NCBI GenBank assembly: GCA_963751345.1
Contig: CAVVUS010000014.1
Location: forward strand, 192,001 to 256,000
DNA length: 64,000 bases
Source of the DNA: an uncultured Chloroflexia bacterium
GTDB taxonomy: Bacteria; Chloroflexota; Anaerolineae; B4-G1; SLSP01
Direction: 5' to 3'
The notes beneath the pieces are model-generated. The model was not told where the DNA came from and ran no database searches. It saw nothing but the letters and a program-made list of their open reading frames with translations. The translations under genes were made by a program, and so were the position numbers. Positions 9,938 through 20,384 of the stretch are shown piece after piece (the first letter of the stretch is position 1; every line of letters begins with the position of its first letter).

Positions 9938-11020
9938 GTGCTACAGCGAACCCTGCTCGACATCGGTCTATCCGAATTGGAGGCGCAACTCAGGTCGTGG
10001 GGCGAACCCTATGACCAAGCGCGTGCCTACGCGCGTGACATCTGGCGGTATCTCTATGAGGAGTACGTCGCCGACGTCATGCAAATGACGTCGATCCCTT
10101 CGCACCTGCGGGATCGCCTGGTCGAGACGCTGTTCATTCACGCGCCGGTACGCCTGGCGAGCGAGGTCAGTTCCGACGGCAGCACACAGAAGGATCTCCT
10201 TCAACTGGCGGACGGTGCCCGCATCGAGTCGGTCGTCCTCAAGTATCGCGAGCGTTACACCGTCTGTGTCTCCACCCAGGTCGGCTGTGCCTGCGGCTGC
10301 GATTTTTGTGCGACCGGGGACATGGGCTTTGTGCGACAGCTTTCATCCGGGGAGATCCTGGCACAGGTGCTCCATTTCCAGCGAACACTCCATTCTCTCC
10401 ACAAGCAGGTATCCAACGTCGTCTTTATGGGGATGGGCGAGCCCCTCCTCAACGAAGACCAAACCCTCCGCGCAATTCGTTCCTTGATCGACCCACGGGG
10501 ACCCGGATTTGCTCCCGGTCGCATCACGCTAAGCACCGTAGGTATTGTGCCCGGGATCGTGCATCTGGCGGACCTCCATCCCCAGATGCCCATCAAATTG
10601 GCCGTCTCTTTGCACGCCGCGACGAACGATCTGCGCGATGCCCTGATGCCGATCAACAAAGCCTATCCATTGGAGGCGTTGTTTGAGGCTGCGCACGCCT
10701 ATGCCGAGGCAACGCGGCGCCGGATCTTCTTCGCCTGGATCATGATCGACGGTGTCAACGACTCACCGGCCCAGGCAGAGGCGCTTGCCACAAGGCTGCA
10801 GGGCCTGCCTTCACACGTCAATCTGATTCAACTCAATCCGACCTCGAACTCCCGCTACCGTCCGTCATCTGCGGAGGCCATCGAGGCCTTTGCTGCGGTT
10901 CTGGACCGTTACGAGATTCCGCATACGATGCGTCAGCGTCGAGGCGCGGGGATTGAGGCGGGGTGTGGGCAACTCTACGCCCTGCAGCGAAGTGACCAGA
11001 CGCTACAGCACGCGTTCTAG
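9938..11020 (+). CDS. rlmN: 23S rRNA/tRNA m2A methyltransferase RlmN (radical SAM); ORF open from 9875
   Basis: CVSTQVGCACGCDFCATG, VFMGMGEP, LAVSLHA, AGCGQL. Confidence 0.9.
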   Translation: MLQRTLLDIGLSELEAQLRSWGEPYDQARAYARDIWRYLYEEYVADVMQMTSIPSHLRDRLVETLFIHAPVRLASEVSSDGSTQKDLLQLADGARIESVVLKYRERYTVCVSTQVGCACGCDFCATGDMGFVRQLSSGEILAQVLHFQRTLHSLHKQVSNVVFMGMGEPLLNEDQTLRAIRSLIDPRGPGFAPGRITLSTVGIVPGIVHLADLHPQMPIKLAVSLHAATNDLRDALMPINKAYPLEALFEAAHAYAEATRRRIFFAWIMIDGVNDSPAQAEALATRLQGLPSHVNLIQLNPTSNSRYRPSSAEAIEAFAAVLDRYEIPHTMRQRRGAGIEAGCGQLYALQRSDQTLQHAF

Positions 11021-11153
11021 TTATCCCGGGAGTGGATCACGGCATAGGGTCCGCTCGGAGCTGGGTCGCGAAAGGTACAATATCCGTTTGAATGCGCTTG
11101 CCACACTCAGGACCTTCGAGTATGATTGACATAGGTGCTCACCTGGAGAGAAC

Positions 11154-12080
11154 TTGGGATTCCCCGAGTCATCTGGGCCCAATCAGAAGGCAATGATGAG
11201 TTCTCTAAATCGAACACAGAAGATCGTCCTACTGGTGCTCGCAGCACTTGATGTCGTCGTGATCGGGGGAATGGCCTGGATCGTGATCAGCTCGATGCGC
11301 ATTCCCGCTCAGGCCCCTCCCGTGCCGACCGCCCCGACCGCCACGCACATCCCCGTAGCGACCTGGACGCCTGCACCGACGACAACGCCTCGCCCGACGC
11401 TGCCGGCCAGACTGACCAACACGCCGACCCCAACGACGACACCGGTTCCGACGATCACACCGTCCCCCACGTCCACGCCGCAGCCTCCGGTTGCAGTCTC
11501 CCTGAACGGTGCGAATTTCGACTTCTTGCTGCCCAACCGCATCCCGGGATGGACGTGGGATGCTTACGTGAACTACAAGGGCGGCGACGGATACGACTCA
11601 GAGACCTCCTACGCGGAACCCATGTTTTCCGCAGCCGATGACCCACAGCGCCAGATCGATGGGACGACCCTGAAGGTTGAGACCATCCGATGGCTGAAGT
11701 TCCGCACGTGGGTGCATCAGACGGTGACCGTCACCGCAGGGAGTAGGGTAACCTTTCAGATCAGGGCCGGGGCTTTTTCGTCGCTCGACAGCCTCATCGT
11801 AAAGGCGGGCATCGATCCCAAGGGCAGACCCAACTGCAACAGCGCCCTGTGGGGACAGGAGTTGCGGATCAACCAGGACAGTGGGGCCGTGACCCTTACA
11901 TCGCCCGCAGTCGTCGCATTGCCCGTTGACGAACCCACCGTCGAGCAAGACGAAGGGACGCCCCAGCCGAGCACTGTTGGCCGGGTCACGGTCTGTTTCT
12001 ATGCCGAGCCCGCCTATCCTCACATCAATAACGCGGCGTTTTTTGATTTGGCCAAATTGACCGTCACGCCTCCACGATAA
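11154..12080 (+). CDS. Membrane-anchored protein with Pro/Thr-rich stalk and beta-rich extracellular domain
   Basis: One TM helix (IVLLVLAALDVVVIGGMAWIVI), PT-repeat linker, NANF...IPGW start typical of CBM-like beta-sandwiches. Confidence 0.6.
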   Translation: MGFPESSGPNQKAMMSSLNRTQKIVLLVLAALDVVVIGGMAWIVISSMRIPAQAPPVPTAPTATHIPVATWTPAPTTTPRPTLPARLTNTPTPTTTPVPTITPSPTSTPQPPVAVSLNGANFDFLLPNRIPGWTWDAYVNYKGGDGYDSETSYAEPMFSAADDPQRQIDGTTLKVETIRWLKFRTWVHQTVTVTAGSRVTFQIRAGAFSSLDSLIVKAGIDPKGRPNCNSALWGQELRINQDSGAVTLTSPAVVALPVDEPTVEQDEGTPQPSTVGRVTVCFYAEPAYPHINNAAFFDLAKLTVTPPR

Positions 12081-12096
12081 GCAGAAAGGAACCACT

Positions 12097-13149
12097 ATGT
12101 CCAACTCGGATTCCTACGATGTCATTGTGGTAGGTGCAGGATTGACCGGCGCCCTGATTGCTTCGACGTTGGCCGAGGAAGGCCTGCATGTTGTGGTGCT
12201 GGAGGCCGCGACATCCCTGGGTGGCACAGTTAGACGCCAGCCCGGGCTGGCCCTCCTGGGAACACCCGAACCCTTTACGCAGTTGATGGATCGTCAAGGC
12301 GAGGAACTGGCGCACACGATCTGGGAACTCACGTCGGAAAACCTGGTCCGGCTGGAAATCCTGCTCGATAGGGCCGGCGTGCCTGCGGAGAGAATCGGCA
12401 GTCTGCGACTGGCCGCGGATGCTGAGCAGTCGGCGGCCTTTCGGGATTCTGCAGCGCAGCTCGAGCAATATGGATACGCCGTAGGGCTGGAAGACGACAG
12501 CCGCTATGGGAGTCAAGTCGCCATCCGAACGTCAGACGACCTCCTCTTTGCGCCATATCCACTCATCAGCAAACTGCTGGAACACGAAAACATCATCCTG
12601 GAACTTGATGCCGAAGTCCAGAAGGCCAAGCGGCGAACCGATGACGGCCTCGCGATTTACGCACATCATCGCTATTTGTGGGCCGACAAGGTCATCTTCG
12701 CCAACGGCATCCATGCGACGCGGCTTGACCCTGGGCTGTCCGACACGTTACGTCCGACGTGTGTCCATACCATCGTCTTTGAGAACACCAAGACGTTAGC
12801 ACTTCCGCTGGTTCTCGACAGCGGACGGGTTTTCTTCCTTCCCGATGGCGACCGCGCTTATCTCACCGGCTGGGACGCTCAGGAGACCGACGTCTTCTGG
12901 CGGCTGACCGCCGTCGCCAACCAACTCTGTCCGGGCGCGATCGTTCATGAGCGCTACACCACATGGGTGGCACGAAGCGACGATCTGCTGCCCATCGTAG
13001 GACGGCTTCCTGCGGACAAGGATCTCTATGCCATCGGCGGATTGGGGCCATTTGGCCTGAGCCTTGCGCTCATCGCCGCCGACGAGCTGGCAGAACTCGT
13101 TCTGTACGATCGAGAGCCGGAGTTGTTTGCCTTCGATAGATTTCGATAA
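12097..13149 (+). CDS. FAD-dependent oxidoreductase (DAO/glycine oxidase-like, divergent)
   Basis: YDVIVVGAGLTG...VVVLEA; C-terminal DLLPIVG...YAIGGLGPFG. Confidence 0.75.
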   Translation: MSNSDSYDVIVVGAGLTGALIASTLAEEGLHVVVLEAATSLGGTVRRQPGLALLGTPEPFTQLMDRQGEELAHTIWELTSENLVRLEILLDRAGVPAERIGSLRLAADAEQSAAFRDSAAQLEQYGYAVGLEDDSRYGSQVAIRTSDDLLFAPYPLISKLLEHENIILELDAEVQKAKRRTDDGLAIYAHHRYLWADKVIFANGIHATRLDPGLSDTLRPTCVHTIVFENTKTLALPLVLDSGRVFFLPDGDRAYLTGWDAQETDVFWRLTAVANQLCPGAIVHERYTTWVARSDDLLPIVGRLPADKDLYAIGGLGPFGLSLALIAADELAELVLYDREPELFAFDRFR

Positions 13150-13161
13150 GCAGGGACAACG

Positions 13162-13834
13162 ATGATCAAAGTTGCCATCGTTGACGACCACTTTTTCTTC
13201 CGCCAGGGCGTCCGTGATGTACTCAATGCCGAACCGGACATCACCGTCGTCGCGGAGAGCGGCGATGGCGAGGAAGCTCTGGAGATGGTCGCTGACCTCC
13301 CGTCCGGACATCGTTCTGATGGACGTCAATCTCCCCAATCTTAACGGACTCCAAGTCACTCAACAGATAAAGAACGCGTTCTCCGATGTCGACGTCATCA
13401 TCCTGACAGCCTACGATGATGAGGAGCAAATATACCGCGCGGTTCGAATCGGGGCGTCGGCCTACTTCCCCAAAGATGTAGCTCCCCCACAACTTATCGA
13501 GACGGTGCGGCTGGTCGCCCAGGGATACTACGTCATATCCAATAAGCAAATGACATCAAGTGAGGCCGAACAGTGGCTGCTGGAGTTGTACCATCGCTAC
13601 GGCATTAGCCCGGAAGACACCACCTTCTCTCCACTCACGAACCGCGAGATGGAGATCCTTGAGCAGATTATTGACGGACTCAGCAACAAGGAGATCGCGG
13701 TCCATCTGGGGATCAGCCAGCAGACCGTAAAGAACCACGTGACTTCCATTCTCGCAAAGCTCAACCGCTCCGATCGAACACAGGCCGCGATCTACGCGTT
13801 GCGCCACGGCTGGGTTCGCCTGCCGGATGCATAG
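13162..13834 (+). CDS. NarL/LuxR-family response regulator (DegU-like); apparent +1 frameshift near 13300
   Basis: MIKVAIVDDH (ORF 13162) joins PDIVLMDVNLP...LTNREMEIL...GLSNKEIA...TVKNHV (ORF 13172); extra C in gacctcccgt. Confidence 0.88.
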
Positions 13835-13872
13835 GTCTCGACGCAGAAAGTCAGTCGCACATAGGGGGACTC

Positions 13873-14926
13873 ATGGCCGATAGCAATTGGGAACAGTTTA
13901 CGGATTTCTGCCGCCGTGGTTCGGAGCAGATCCAAGGGGAACTCAAAGAGATCGACATGCTCATCCAGCAGACATCCAGCGAGGTGGAACGCTATATGCA
14001 GGCGAACACCCGCGCTGTGACCCGCATGCGGCAGATCGAATCTACATTTGACACGGCGCCCCGCGAGGACATCCGCCGGACCTACGAGACCCTGATCGAA
14101 AACCAGCAGCGTCTCTTTACGATGCGAGGCCAGCTCGAAAAGCTGCAGAGCGACCAGAAACACCTGACTCGCATCGGCGAGCTGTACAATCGCGTCCTCT
14201 CGTTTGCCCCTCCCGAGGATTTCGGATACAGCGATCAGGCCGTCGCCCCGCAGGGTCGAGACCCCCCAGGCTATGGTCATCAGCATCATCGATGCGCAGG
14301 AACAAGAGCGCCTTCGACTCTCACGCCAAATGCACGACGGGCCGGCACAGTCGTTGACCAACCTGGTGCTTCAGGCTGAGATATGCGAACGCCTCTTCGA
14401 CCGTGATCCGGAACGCGCACGAACCGAACTCAGCGAGCTGAAAAAGAGCGTCATCAATGCTTTCAAGACGGTGAAAGTGTTCATTTTCGACCTGCGACCC
14501 ATGATGCTCGATGATCTGGGGCTGGCCCCGACGATGCGCCGCTACGTCGAAGGGATTACCGACGCCGGCTTCACAGGCCTCACCCTGAAGGTCTCCGGCA
14601 AAGAGCGCCGATTGGCACCTCACAAGGAGGTGACCATCTTCCGGGTCATCCAGGCGCTAATCCATATCGCCAGGGAGCAGAACCAAGCCACGAGCATCAG
14701 CATCCACCTCAACGTCGAGGAAACGGAAGCCCGGGTGACCGTGGAGGATAATGGGGTAGGATTCGAGATCGACGAAGCCCTCACGTCGCCCGATGCGCTC
14801 AAACTCAACCTTCCGACGCTGCGCGAACGAATAGAAATGCTCGATGGGTCGATTCATTTCTTCGGGACGCCGGGACAAGGCCTTCGGGTGAACTTTGAGC
14901 TGCCCGTCGAATTGAGAAGCGACTAG
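13873..14926 (+). CDS. DegS-like soluble histidine kinase (coiled coil + HisKA_3 + HATPase); apparent +1 frameshift near 14254
   Basis: Coiled-coil N-half; AQEQERLRLSRQMHDGPAQSL, FDLRPMMLDDLGL, VEDNGVGF. Confidence 0.85.
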
Positions 14927-14960
14927 CACCAGGCGCACGTCAGACTGGATCGGTCAAGAG

Positions 14961-14995
14961 GGAGGACCTTCTGCCGCTATGGCAGAGGGTCCTCC
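14961..14995 (+). terminator. Hairpin/terminator after the kinase gene
   Basis: ggaggaccttctgcc-gctat-ggcagagggtcctcc, 15-bp stem with one G-U; weak U-tract. Confidence 0.55.
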
Positions 14996-15039
14996 TGATG
15001 TTTCGAGAACCGGATCGGGCGCAAAACGCTCGTTGCCTC

Positions 15040-15069
15040 TTGACACGCGAACGCGGATTATGCTATATT
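15040..15069 (+). promoter_or_regulatory. Near-consensus sigma-70 promoter upstream of the sigma factor
   Basis: TTGACA-18 nt-TATATT with extended -10 TG. Confidence 0.65.
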
Positions 15070-15080
15070 AGAATGCGGTC

Positions 15081-15115
15081 AGCACAGGTGGCAACCGCCA
15101 CCCGTGCTTTTTTTT
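15081..15115 (+). terminator. Intrinsic terminator immediately downstream of that promoter
   Basis: agcac-a-ggtggc-aacc-gccacc-c-gtgct followed by a run of T (8 in total). Confidence 0.65.
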
Positions 15116-15296
15116 CGGGTCAGAGAACGTTTGACAAGTATCTGAAGTTTACTACCCTATTATCGCTAACCTGCTAGCATGCTGGGCGCGTTTTGCTGGG
15201 TGCGCTCTAGCCCAACAGGCAAGCCGAATCTGTGAGCATCATTCGTCCAGCAAGATGGTCACGACCTAATCTTGTGCAGTTAAAGGAACCGTTGTC

Positions 15297-16523
15297 TTGG
15301 TCTTAGAAGAACGATTCGAAGAGGAACAAGAAGAAGGCGTCACGCCTCTCACTGAATATCTGTCGGGTGAGGAATACCTCCTCGCCCTCGGGTATGAGCG
15401 TGGCTATGTCACGTATGAAGACATCCAGAAAGTGTTTCCGGAGGCAGAGGACAACATCACGCGCCTGGATGAGACGATCTCCGCGTTGATGGAGTCGGGT
15501 ATCATCGTGGGAGGGCCTGGAGAAGAGCTCCCTAGCGGACTGGCCAAAGCGATGGGAGACTTCAGCGAAGAGGAAGACGAAAAGGCGGTGGAGGATATCT
15601 ACCGGGCGATCGAGGTTGACGATACCATTGGCCTTTACCTCAAGGAGATCGGAAAGGTCCCCCTCCTCACTGCCGAGGAGGAAGTCTCCTTGGCTATGCG
15701 GATGGAGTCGGGCAAGAAGGCCCAGGCCAGGTTGGGAGTCGGTCGTTACAACAATGAAGATAAGCAGCTTGAGCTTGAGCGGCAACTCGAGGATGGGATT
15801 CGCGCGCGGGAGCATCTGATTCGCGCCAATTCGCGGCTTGTGATCAGTGTGGCCAAGAAGTACATCGGCCGTGGGGTCCCGTTTCTCGATCTGATCCAGG
15901 AAGGCAATATCGGGCTGATACGCGCCTCAAACAAGTTCGACTACAAGCGCGGTCACAAGTTCTCCACCTATGCCACTTGGTGGATTCGCCAGGCTGTGAC
16001 ACGCGCCATTGCGGACCAAAGTCGCACGATTCGCGTCCCGGTTCATATGGGCGACCAGATCAACAAGATGCTCCGCATCTCCCATCAGTTGACGCAGAGG
16101 TTGGGGCGCAGTCCAACCCCCGAGGAATTGGCAGCCGAGATGGAGATCCCCGTTCGCAAGGTCGAGCAGATGCTCGACGTTGCCCGCCGCCCCCTATCGC
16201 TGGAGATGCCGACAGATGACGAGGGTGAGAGCACGCTGGGCGATTTCGTCGAGGATACGGATAGCCCCTCCCCGCCGGATCGCGTGAGCTCATTGATGCT
16301 TCGCGACCAGTTGATGGAGATCTTGGTGGATCTTCCCCCTCGTGAAGTCAAGATCCTCCAAATGCGATATGGTCTTTTGGACGGGCAGACCTACACGTTG
16401 GAGCAAGTGGGGAAGAAGCTTGGGGTAACGCGCGAACGGGTACGCCAGATCGAGGCGCAGGCGCTCAGCCGCCTGAGACACCCCGCACATGCACGCCGCC
16501 TGCGCGATTTTCTCCGAAGTTAG
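15297..16523 (+). CDS. RNA polymerase sigma-70 factor, RpoD/SigA family
   Basis: [13 protein letters not shown] (region 1.2), [23 protein letters not shown] (region 2), [14 protein letters not shown] (region 4.2). Confidence 0.92.
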   Translation: MVLEERFEEEQEEGVTPLTEYLSGEEYLLALGYERGYVTYEDIQKVFPEAEDNITRLDETISALMESGIIVGGPGEELPSGLAKAMGDFSEEEDEKAVEDIYRAIEVDDTIGLYLKEIGKVPLLTAEEEVSLAMRMESGKKAQARLGVGRYNNEDKQLELERQLEDGIRAREHLIRANSRLVISVAKKYIGRGVPFLDLIQEGNIGLIRASNKFDYKRGHKFSTYATWWIRQAVTRAIADQSRTIRVPVHMGDQINKMLRISHQLTQRLGRSPTPEELAAEMEIPVRKVEQMLDVARRPLSLEMPTDDEGESTLGDFVEDTDSPSPPDRVSSLMLRDQLMEILVDLPPREVKILQMRYGLLDGQTYTLEQVGKKLGVTRERVRQIEAQALSRLRHPAHARRLRDFLRS

Positions 16524-16590
16524 GGCCGAACGACAGAATCGCTTGCCATAAGCCTACGCCCGCGAGCACCACAAGTCTGCAGTAACCGAT

Positions 16591-17658
16591 CTATTGGTTC
16601 CCCCGGTTAGCCGGCACTACAATCACTCGGCCTGATGCCGCGCGGGTCAGGCGGTCCCGAATCGCCAACCCGAGTCCTGCAGCGCCGAAGTCTCGCGCCA
16701 AGATGGCGGTGACGTTGGCCCTATCCACCTCACGCAGTGCGGCGTAGAGGTGCTGAGCTATTTCCTCCATGGAGCGGAGCGAGCCGAGATCGTGGACGAT
16801 CACGGGCAAGCCCGCGAAGAAATCCTTGTCCTCAGTCGCCAGCAGCAGCCCCACGCGCTCACCGGAGGCTACGCGCTCGACCACGTCCTGCCGCATCGCC
16901 TGCAACACAGCGTCGCGCTTGCCCTGGTAGAGTGTGACCGAGGCCCGAGGTGCGTAGTGCTTGGCAGTCGTGCCGGGAGAGACCAGGGTCTCGTCCCCAT
17001 GCACAGAGGGCCGGGCAACACGAACCTCACCCAGCACGTCGGAGAGCGCTTCCTGGCTCACCCCACCCGGGCGAAGGATCGTCGGCACGGTGTCCACCAG
17101 CGACAGCACCGTCGATTCGACGCCTACCGTCGTGCTGCCCCCGTCCAGGAGGATGTCAATACGCCCATCAAGATCAACCAGAACGTGCTCGGCTCGCGTA
17201 GGGCTGACCCGCCCGAATCTATTCGCACTGGGCGCGGCAATCGGAACACCGGAGGCGGTGATCAGGGCAAGGGCGACCGGATGCGCGGGGACCCGCACAG
17301 CGACGGTCTCGCCGCCGGCCGTAACCTGGAGAGGGACACGATCGCTGCGGGGCAGCACCATCGTCAGGGGGCCGGGCCAGAAACGAGACGCCAGTCGGTA
17401 GGCCACTTCGGGGATACGCGAGGCCACAACCGGCAAGGTAGCTACGTCAGCCAGATGCACGATCAAGGGATCGTTCGCAGGCCGGTCTTTGGCCCGGAAG
17501 ATGCCCAGCACCGCAGTCACATCGAGGGCATTGGCGCCCAGCCCATAGACCGTCTCGGTGGGAAAGGCCACGAGACCGCCGGATCGAATGACCGCTGCGG
17601 CCTGTGCTATAACATCAGGACCGGGTCGCTCAGGGTCTACCCTCAGAACCAGCGTCAT
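16591..17658 (-). CDS. sua5: L-threonylcarbamoyladenylate synthase (Sua5/TsaC with SUA5 domain)
   Basis: VAFPTETVYGLGA, K-D-R-P..DPLIVH, FWPGPLT, AAPSAN, SPG...HYAP. Confidence 0.93.
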   Translation of the reverse strand: MTLVLRVDPERPGPDVIAQAAAVIRSGGLVAFPTETVYGLGANALDVTAVLGIFRAKDRPANDPLIVHLADVATLPVVASRIPEVAYRLASRFWPGPLTMVLPRSDRVPLQVTAGGETVAVRVPAHPVALALITASGVPIAAPSANRFGRVSPTRAEHVLVDLDGRIDILLDGGSTTVGVESTVLSLVDTVPTILRPGGVSQEALSDVLGEVRVARPSVHGDETLVSPGTTAKHYAPRASVTLYQGKRDAVLQAMRQDVVERVASGERVGLLLATEDKDFFAGLPVIVHDLGSLRSMEEIAQHLYAALREVDRANVTAILARDFGAAGLGLAIRDRLTRAASGRVIVVPANRGNQ

Positions 17659-18143
17659 TCGCCGGCTCTGGGGCGGCTCGAACGTCGCACCCGGCTCAGC
17701 ACCAATACCAGACCGAGAAGGATCAGGCCGGCGCCTTCTGCCCTGGTCCAACGAGCGGAAAGTCCGGCTCTGACGGTGACCGTCTCCGGATAGAGCATCG
17801 CGCTACCGTCCCACTCCACCTCCTCGATCTGGTAGCGATAGCGGCGACCCGGGATCAGCCCCGCGTCCCTGTCTTCAAGACGGTAAGAGGCCCCTACCGT
17901 TTCCTCGCCTTCCGAGGGTATCAGGACAGCGTTGACCTGGACACCCTTGCCCGATGTCGTCTCCCAGGCCGGGCTGCGATAGACGTTGAAGCCCGCCGTG
18001 CCCACCTCACTCGCCGTCTCCCAACTCAGAACGACCGGGGCGACATCTGTGACCAACAGCGATATCCCGACGCCCAGCAGGATCAGCGCCAGGATGAATG
18101 CGGCGCCGAACGAGCCAAACCATTGAGCGGCACGATCACGCAT
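17655..18143 (-). CDS. Hypothetical membrane protein with FN3-like domain between two TM helices
   Basis: LSWETASEVGTAGFNVYRS and YRYQIEEV are typical FN3-like motifs; hydrophobic N- and C-termini. Confidence 0.6.
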   Translation of the reverse strand: MRDRAAQWFGSFGAAFILALILLGVGISLLVTDVAPVVLSWETASEVGTAGFNVYRSPAWETTSGKGVQVNAVLIPSEGEETVGASYRLEDRDAGLIPGRRYRYQIEEVEWDGSAMLYPETVTVRAGLSARWTRAEGAGLILLGLVLVLSRVRRSSRPRAGE

Positions 18144-18199
18144 AGGCACTGCGCTTTGAGGCAACTCGGGAGGTAGCTAACCGGAGGTAGCCGACCATT

Positions 18200-19396
18200 T
18201 TACTCGATCACACGCGCCGCTTCGCTCGTCTGACAGAAGTGGACGCTGTAGCAATCGGCGATGTCCGGATGGATGGCCGGATAGCGATCTCTGAGGAAAG
18301 CCCTGATGTCGTCGCGATAGGCGGGACGACTGAGGGCAATGCACGAGCCGCGGAACCCGCCTCCGCTGAACCGTGCCCCGTAGACGCCGGGGCATTCACA
18401 GAGCAACTCGTACAATGTGGTCAAGTGCGGACTGCCCGATTCGTAGTTGTGGACGGAACTCGCCCCCGAAGCCCGCATGAGATCGCCCAGCCGTTCGATA
18501 TCGCCGTCACGCCATGCTTCCACTCCCTCGCGCACCCGCTGCACCTCGGTGAAGAAGTGGCGGGCCCGCCGGTCAAGAGGTGACGGCAAACGATTGCCCA
18601 ACTCCGCATAGACCTCTGGCGACACCAACCGCAGCCGCGCAGTGCCGTTGAGTTCCGGGCCGCCCGACCACGACAGAAGTAACCGGGCTGCCGATTGACA
18701 TTCGGTTACCCGGTTGTTGTAATCTGTGCCAACGAGCGCCTTCCGGATCCCCGAATAGACCACGAGGATCTCGAATTCCTCCGATGACGCCGCAGTGGGC
18801 ACCTTCTGAACTTCCATCGTGCTGCAGTCCAGGTACGTGAGGCAATCCCGATCGCTCAACAAGATCATCGACTGATCCAGCACACCGTTTTTGAGCCCGA
18901 GATAAACGTTCTCGATGTAGCGGTCCAGTTCGATGTTCTCCTGGGCCGTCACCGTCAAGCCATTCACCGTCTCCAGGGCCAGAAGATAGGCCACACCGAC
19001 GGCAGCCGACGAGCTTAGCCCACCGATTGGCATTGTGCCTGCCACCACTGCATCGATACCGGCGCGGATATCGTGGGCCTGTTTCAGAGCTAATGCAGCT
19101 CCGCGCGCGTAGTTTCCCCAATCGCGTGGCGCGCGCGGAGGAATGTCGGCAAGGTTAAAGGCCACAGAACCCCCAAAGTTCTCGCTCTCGACCCGAATCT
19201 CACCATCTTCTCGCGGCACAAACGCGAGGAAGATCGCCCGGTCCAGCGCCATCCCGGTGACCAATCCATCTTGGTGATCGACATGGGCGCCCAGCGGCGA
19301 GATGCGCAGCGGCGAGCGGACGACCTTGATATCCTCATCGCGGCAGCCTGTTCGCGCCTGCAGATGGTTCTTGACCTGCTCTATCTGTGACACCAT
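18200..19396 (-). CDS. GHMP sugar kinase, galacturonokinase-like
   Basis: SPLRISPLGAHVDHQ (GalK has GEHTDY), GGLSSSAA, NGVLDQ, YNNRV.EC, GARFSGGGFRG. Confidence 0.8.
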   Translation of the reverse strand: MVSQIEQVKNHLQARTGCRDEDIKVVRSPLRISPLGAHVDHQDGLVTGMALDRAIFLAFVPREDGEIRVESENFGGSVAFNLADIPPRAPRDWGNYARGAALALKQAHDIRAGIDAVVAGTMPIGGLSSSAAVGVAYLLALETVNGLTVTAQENIELDRYIENVYLGLKNGVLDQSMILLSDRDCLTYLDCSTMEVQKVPTAASSEEFEILVVYSGIRKALVGTDYNNRVTECQSAARLLLSWSGGPELNGTARLRLVSPEVYAELGNRLPSPLDRRARHFFTEVQRVREGVEAWRDGDIERLGDLMRASGASSVHNYESGSPHLTTLYELLCECPGVYGARFSGGGFRGSCIALSRPAYRDDIRAFLRDRYPAIHPDIADCYSVHFCQTSEAARVIE

Positions 19397-19413
19397 AGAT
19401 ATGTTGATATCCC

Positions 19414-20373
19414 TTACGCAGAGAATCGCTTCGCCTGGTCGGCCACCCAGGCATATGTCACGGCCATACCTTCGCGCAAACTTACTTTGGCTTCCCAGCC
19501 CAGCGCATGCATCCGCGCCTTGCTGAAGTTGCGTGCCTGCACGCCTACAGGGCCATCAACGTGCCGAATCTCGAGATCCTTTCCCGATATGTCGAGCACC
19601 GTCCGGACCAGTTCGTTGACGGTGACGTATTCTTCGGTCCCGATGTTGGCGGGCACCTGGAGATCCGACTGCATAAGGAGATAGACGCCATCGACCAGAT
19701 CGTCGACATAAGTGAACCCGCGGATCGCCTCGCCATCTCCCCAGACGTCAATCGTGTCGCCCGCTTCGGCCATCGCTACCTTGCGGCTGATCGCGGCCGG
19801 CGCTTTCTCGCGGCCACCATGCCAGGTGCCATAGGGACCATAGCAGTTCTGGAAGCGTGCAATCCGCACTTGCATTGGGTAGTGGCGTGCGAAGGCCTGG
19901 GCCATGCGCTCGGTATACAGCTTTTCCCATCCATACTCATTGTCAGGATTTGCGGGGATAACCTGATCTTCTGTCATCTCCGGATCGCCCGGCTTCATAT
20001 CGGGATAGACGCAGGCCGAGGATGAGAAGAAGTAGCGCGGCACCCCAAGTCTCGCGGCGGTGGTGATCATGTGGACGTTGATCAAGACGCTGTTGTGCAT
20101 GATATCACACTCAGCCGTGTGGATAAAGCCCATCCCCCCCATGTCCGCGGCGAGTTGGTAGACCTCATCGAAGGTGCCGCCATCGACGGACAGAGCTTCC
20201 CAGCAAGCTTCAGGCTGACGCAGATCCAGGAGCTTGAATTCATCGGCGTCGAGCGTCCGATACTCATGCTCTTTGATATCTACGCCCCGCACCCAGTATC
20301 CCTCGCGCTTGAGCTTAGCCACCAGATGCCCACCAATGAAACCGCCGGCACCACACACCAAAGCTTTCTTCAT
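19414..20373 (-). CDS. NAD-dependent epimerase, GDP-mannose 3,5-epimerase-like
   Basis: GAGGFIG, LAADMGGMGFI, SSACVYP, YGWEK, GGREKAPAA. Confidence 0.85.
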   Translation of the reverse strand: MKKALVCGAGGFIGGHLVAKLKREGYWVRGVDIKEHEYRTLDADEFKLLDLRQPEACWEALSVDGGTFDEVYQLAADMGGMGFIHTAECDIMHNSVLINVHMITTAARLGVPRYFFSSSACVYPDMKPGDPEMTEDQVIPANPDNEYGWEKLYTERMAQAFARHYPMQVRIARFQNCYGPYGTWHGGREKAPAAISRKVAMAEAGDTIDVWGDGEAIRGFTYVDDLVDGVYLLMQSDLQVPANIGTEEYVTVNELVRTVLDISGKDLEIRHVDGPVGVQARNFSKARMHALGWEAKVSLREGMAVTYAWVADQAKRFSA

Positions 20374-20384
20374 TGCGCTACTCC

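Noticed and set aside
9938-11020. Radical SAM methyltransferase as the Cfr resistance enzyme
   Set aside because: Motifs are compatible with housekeeping RlmN and there is no mobile context; Cfr cannot be supported without phylogeny
18169-18191. Direct repeat ggaggtagc x2
   Set aside because: Too short, only two copies; resembles an RBS but lies on the non-coding strand
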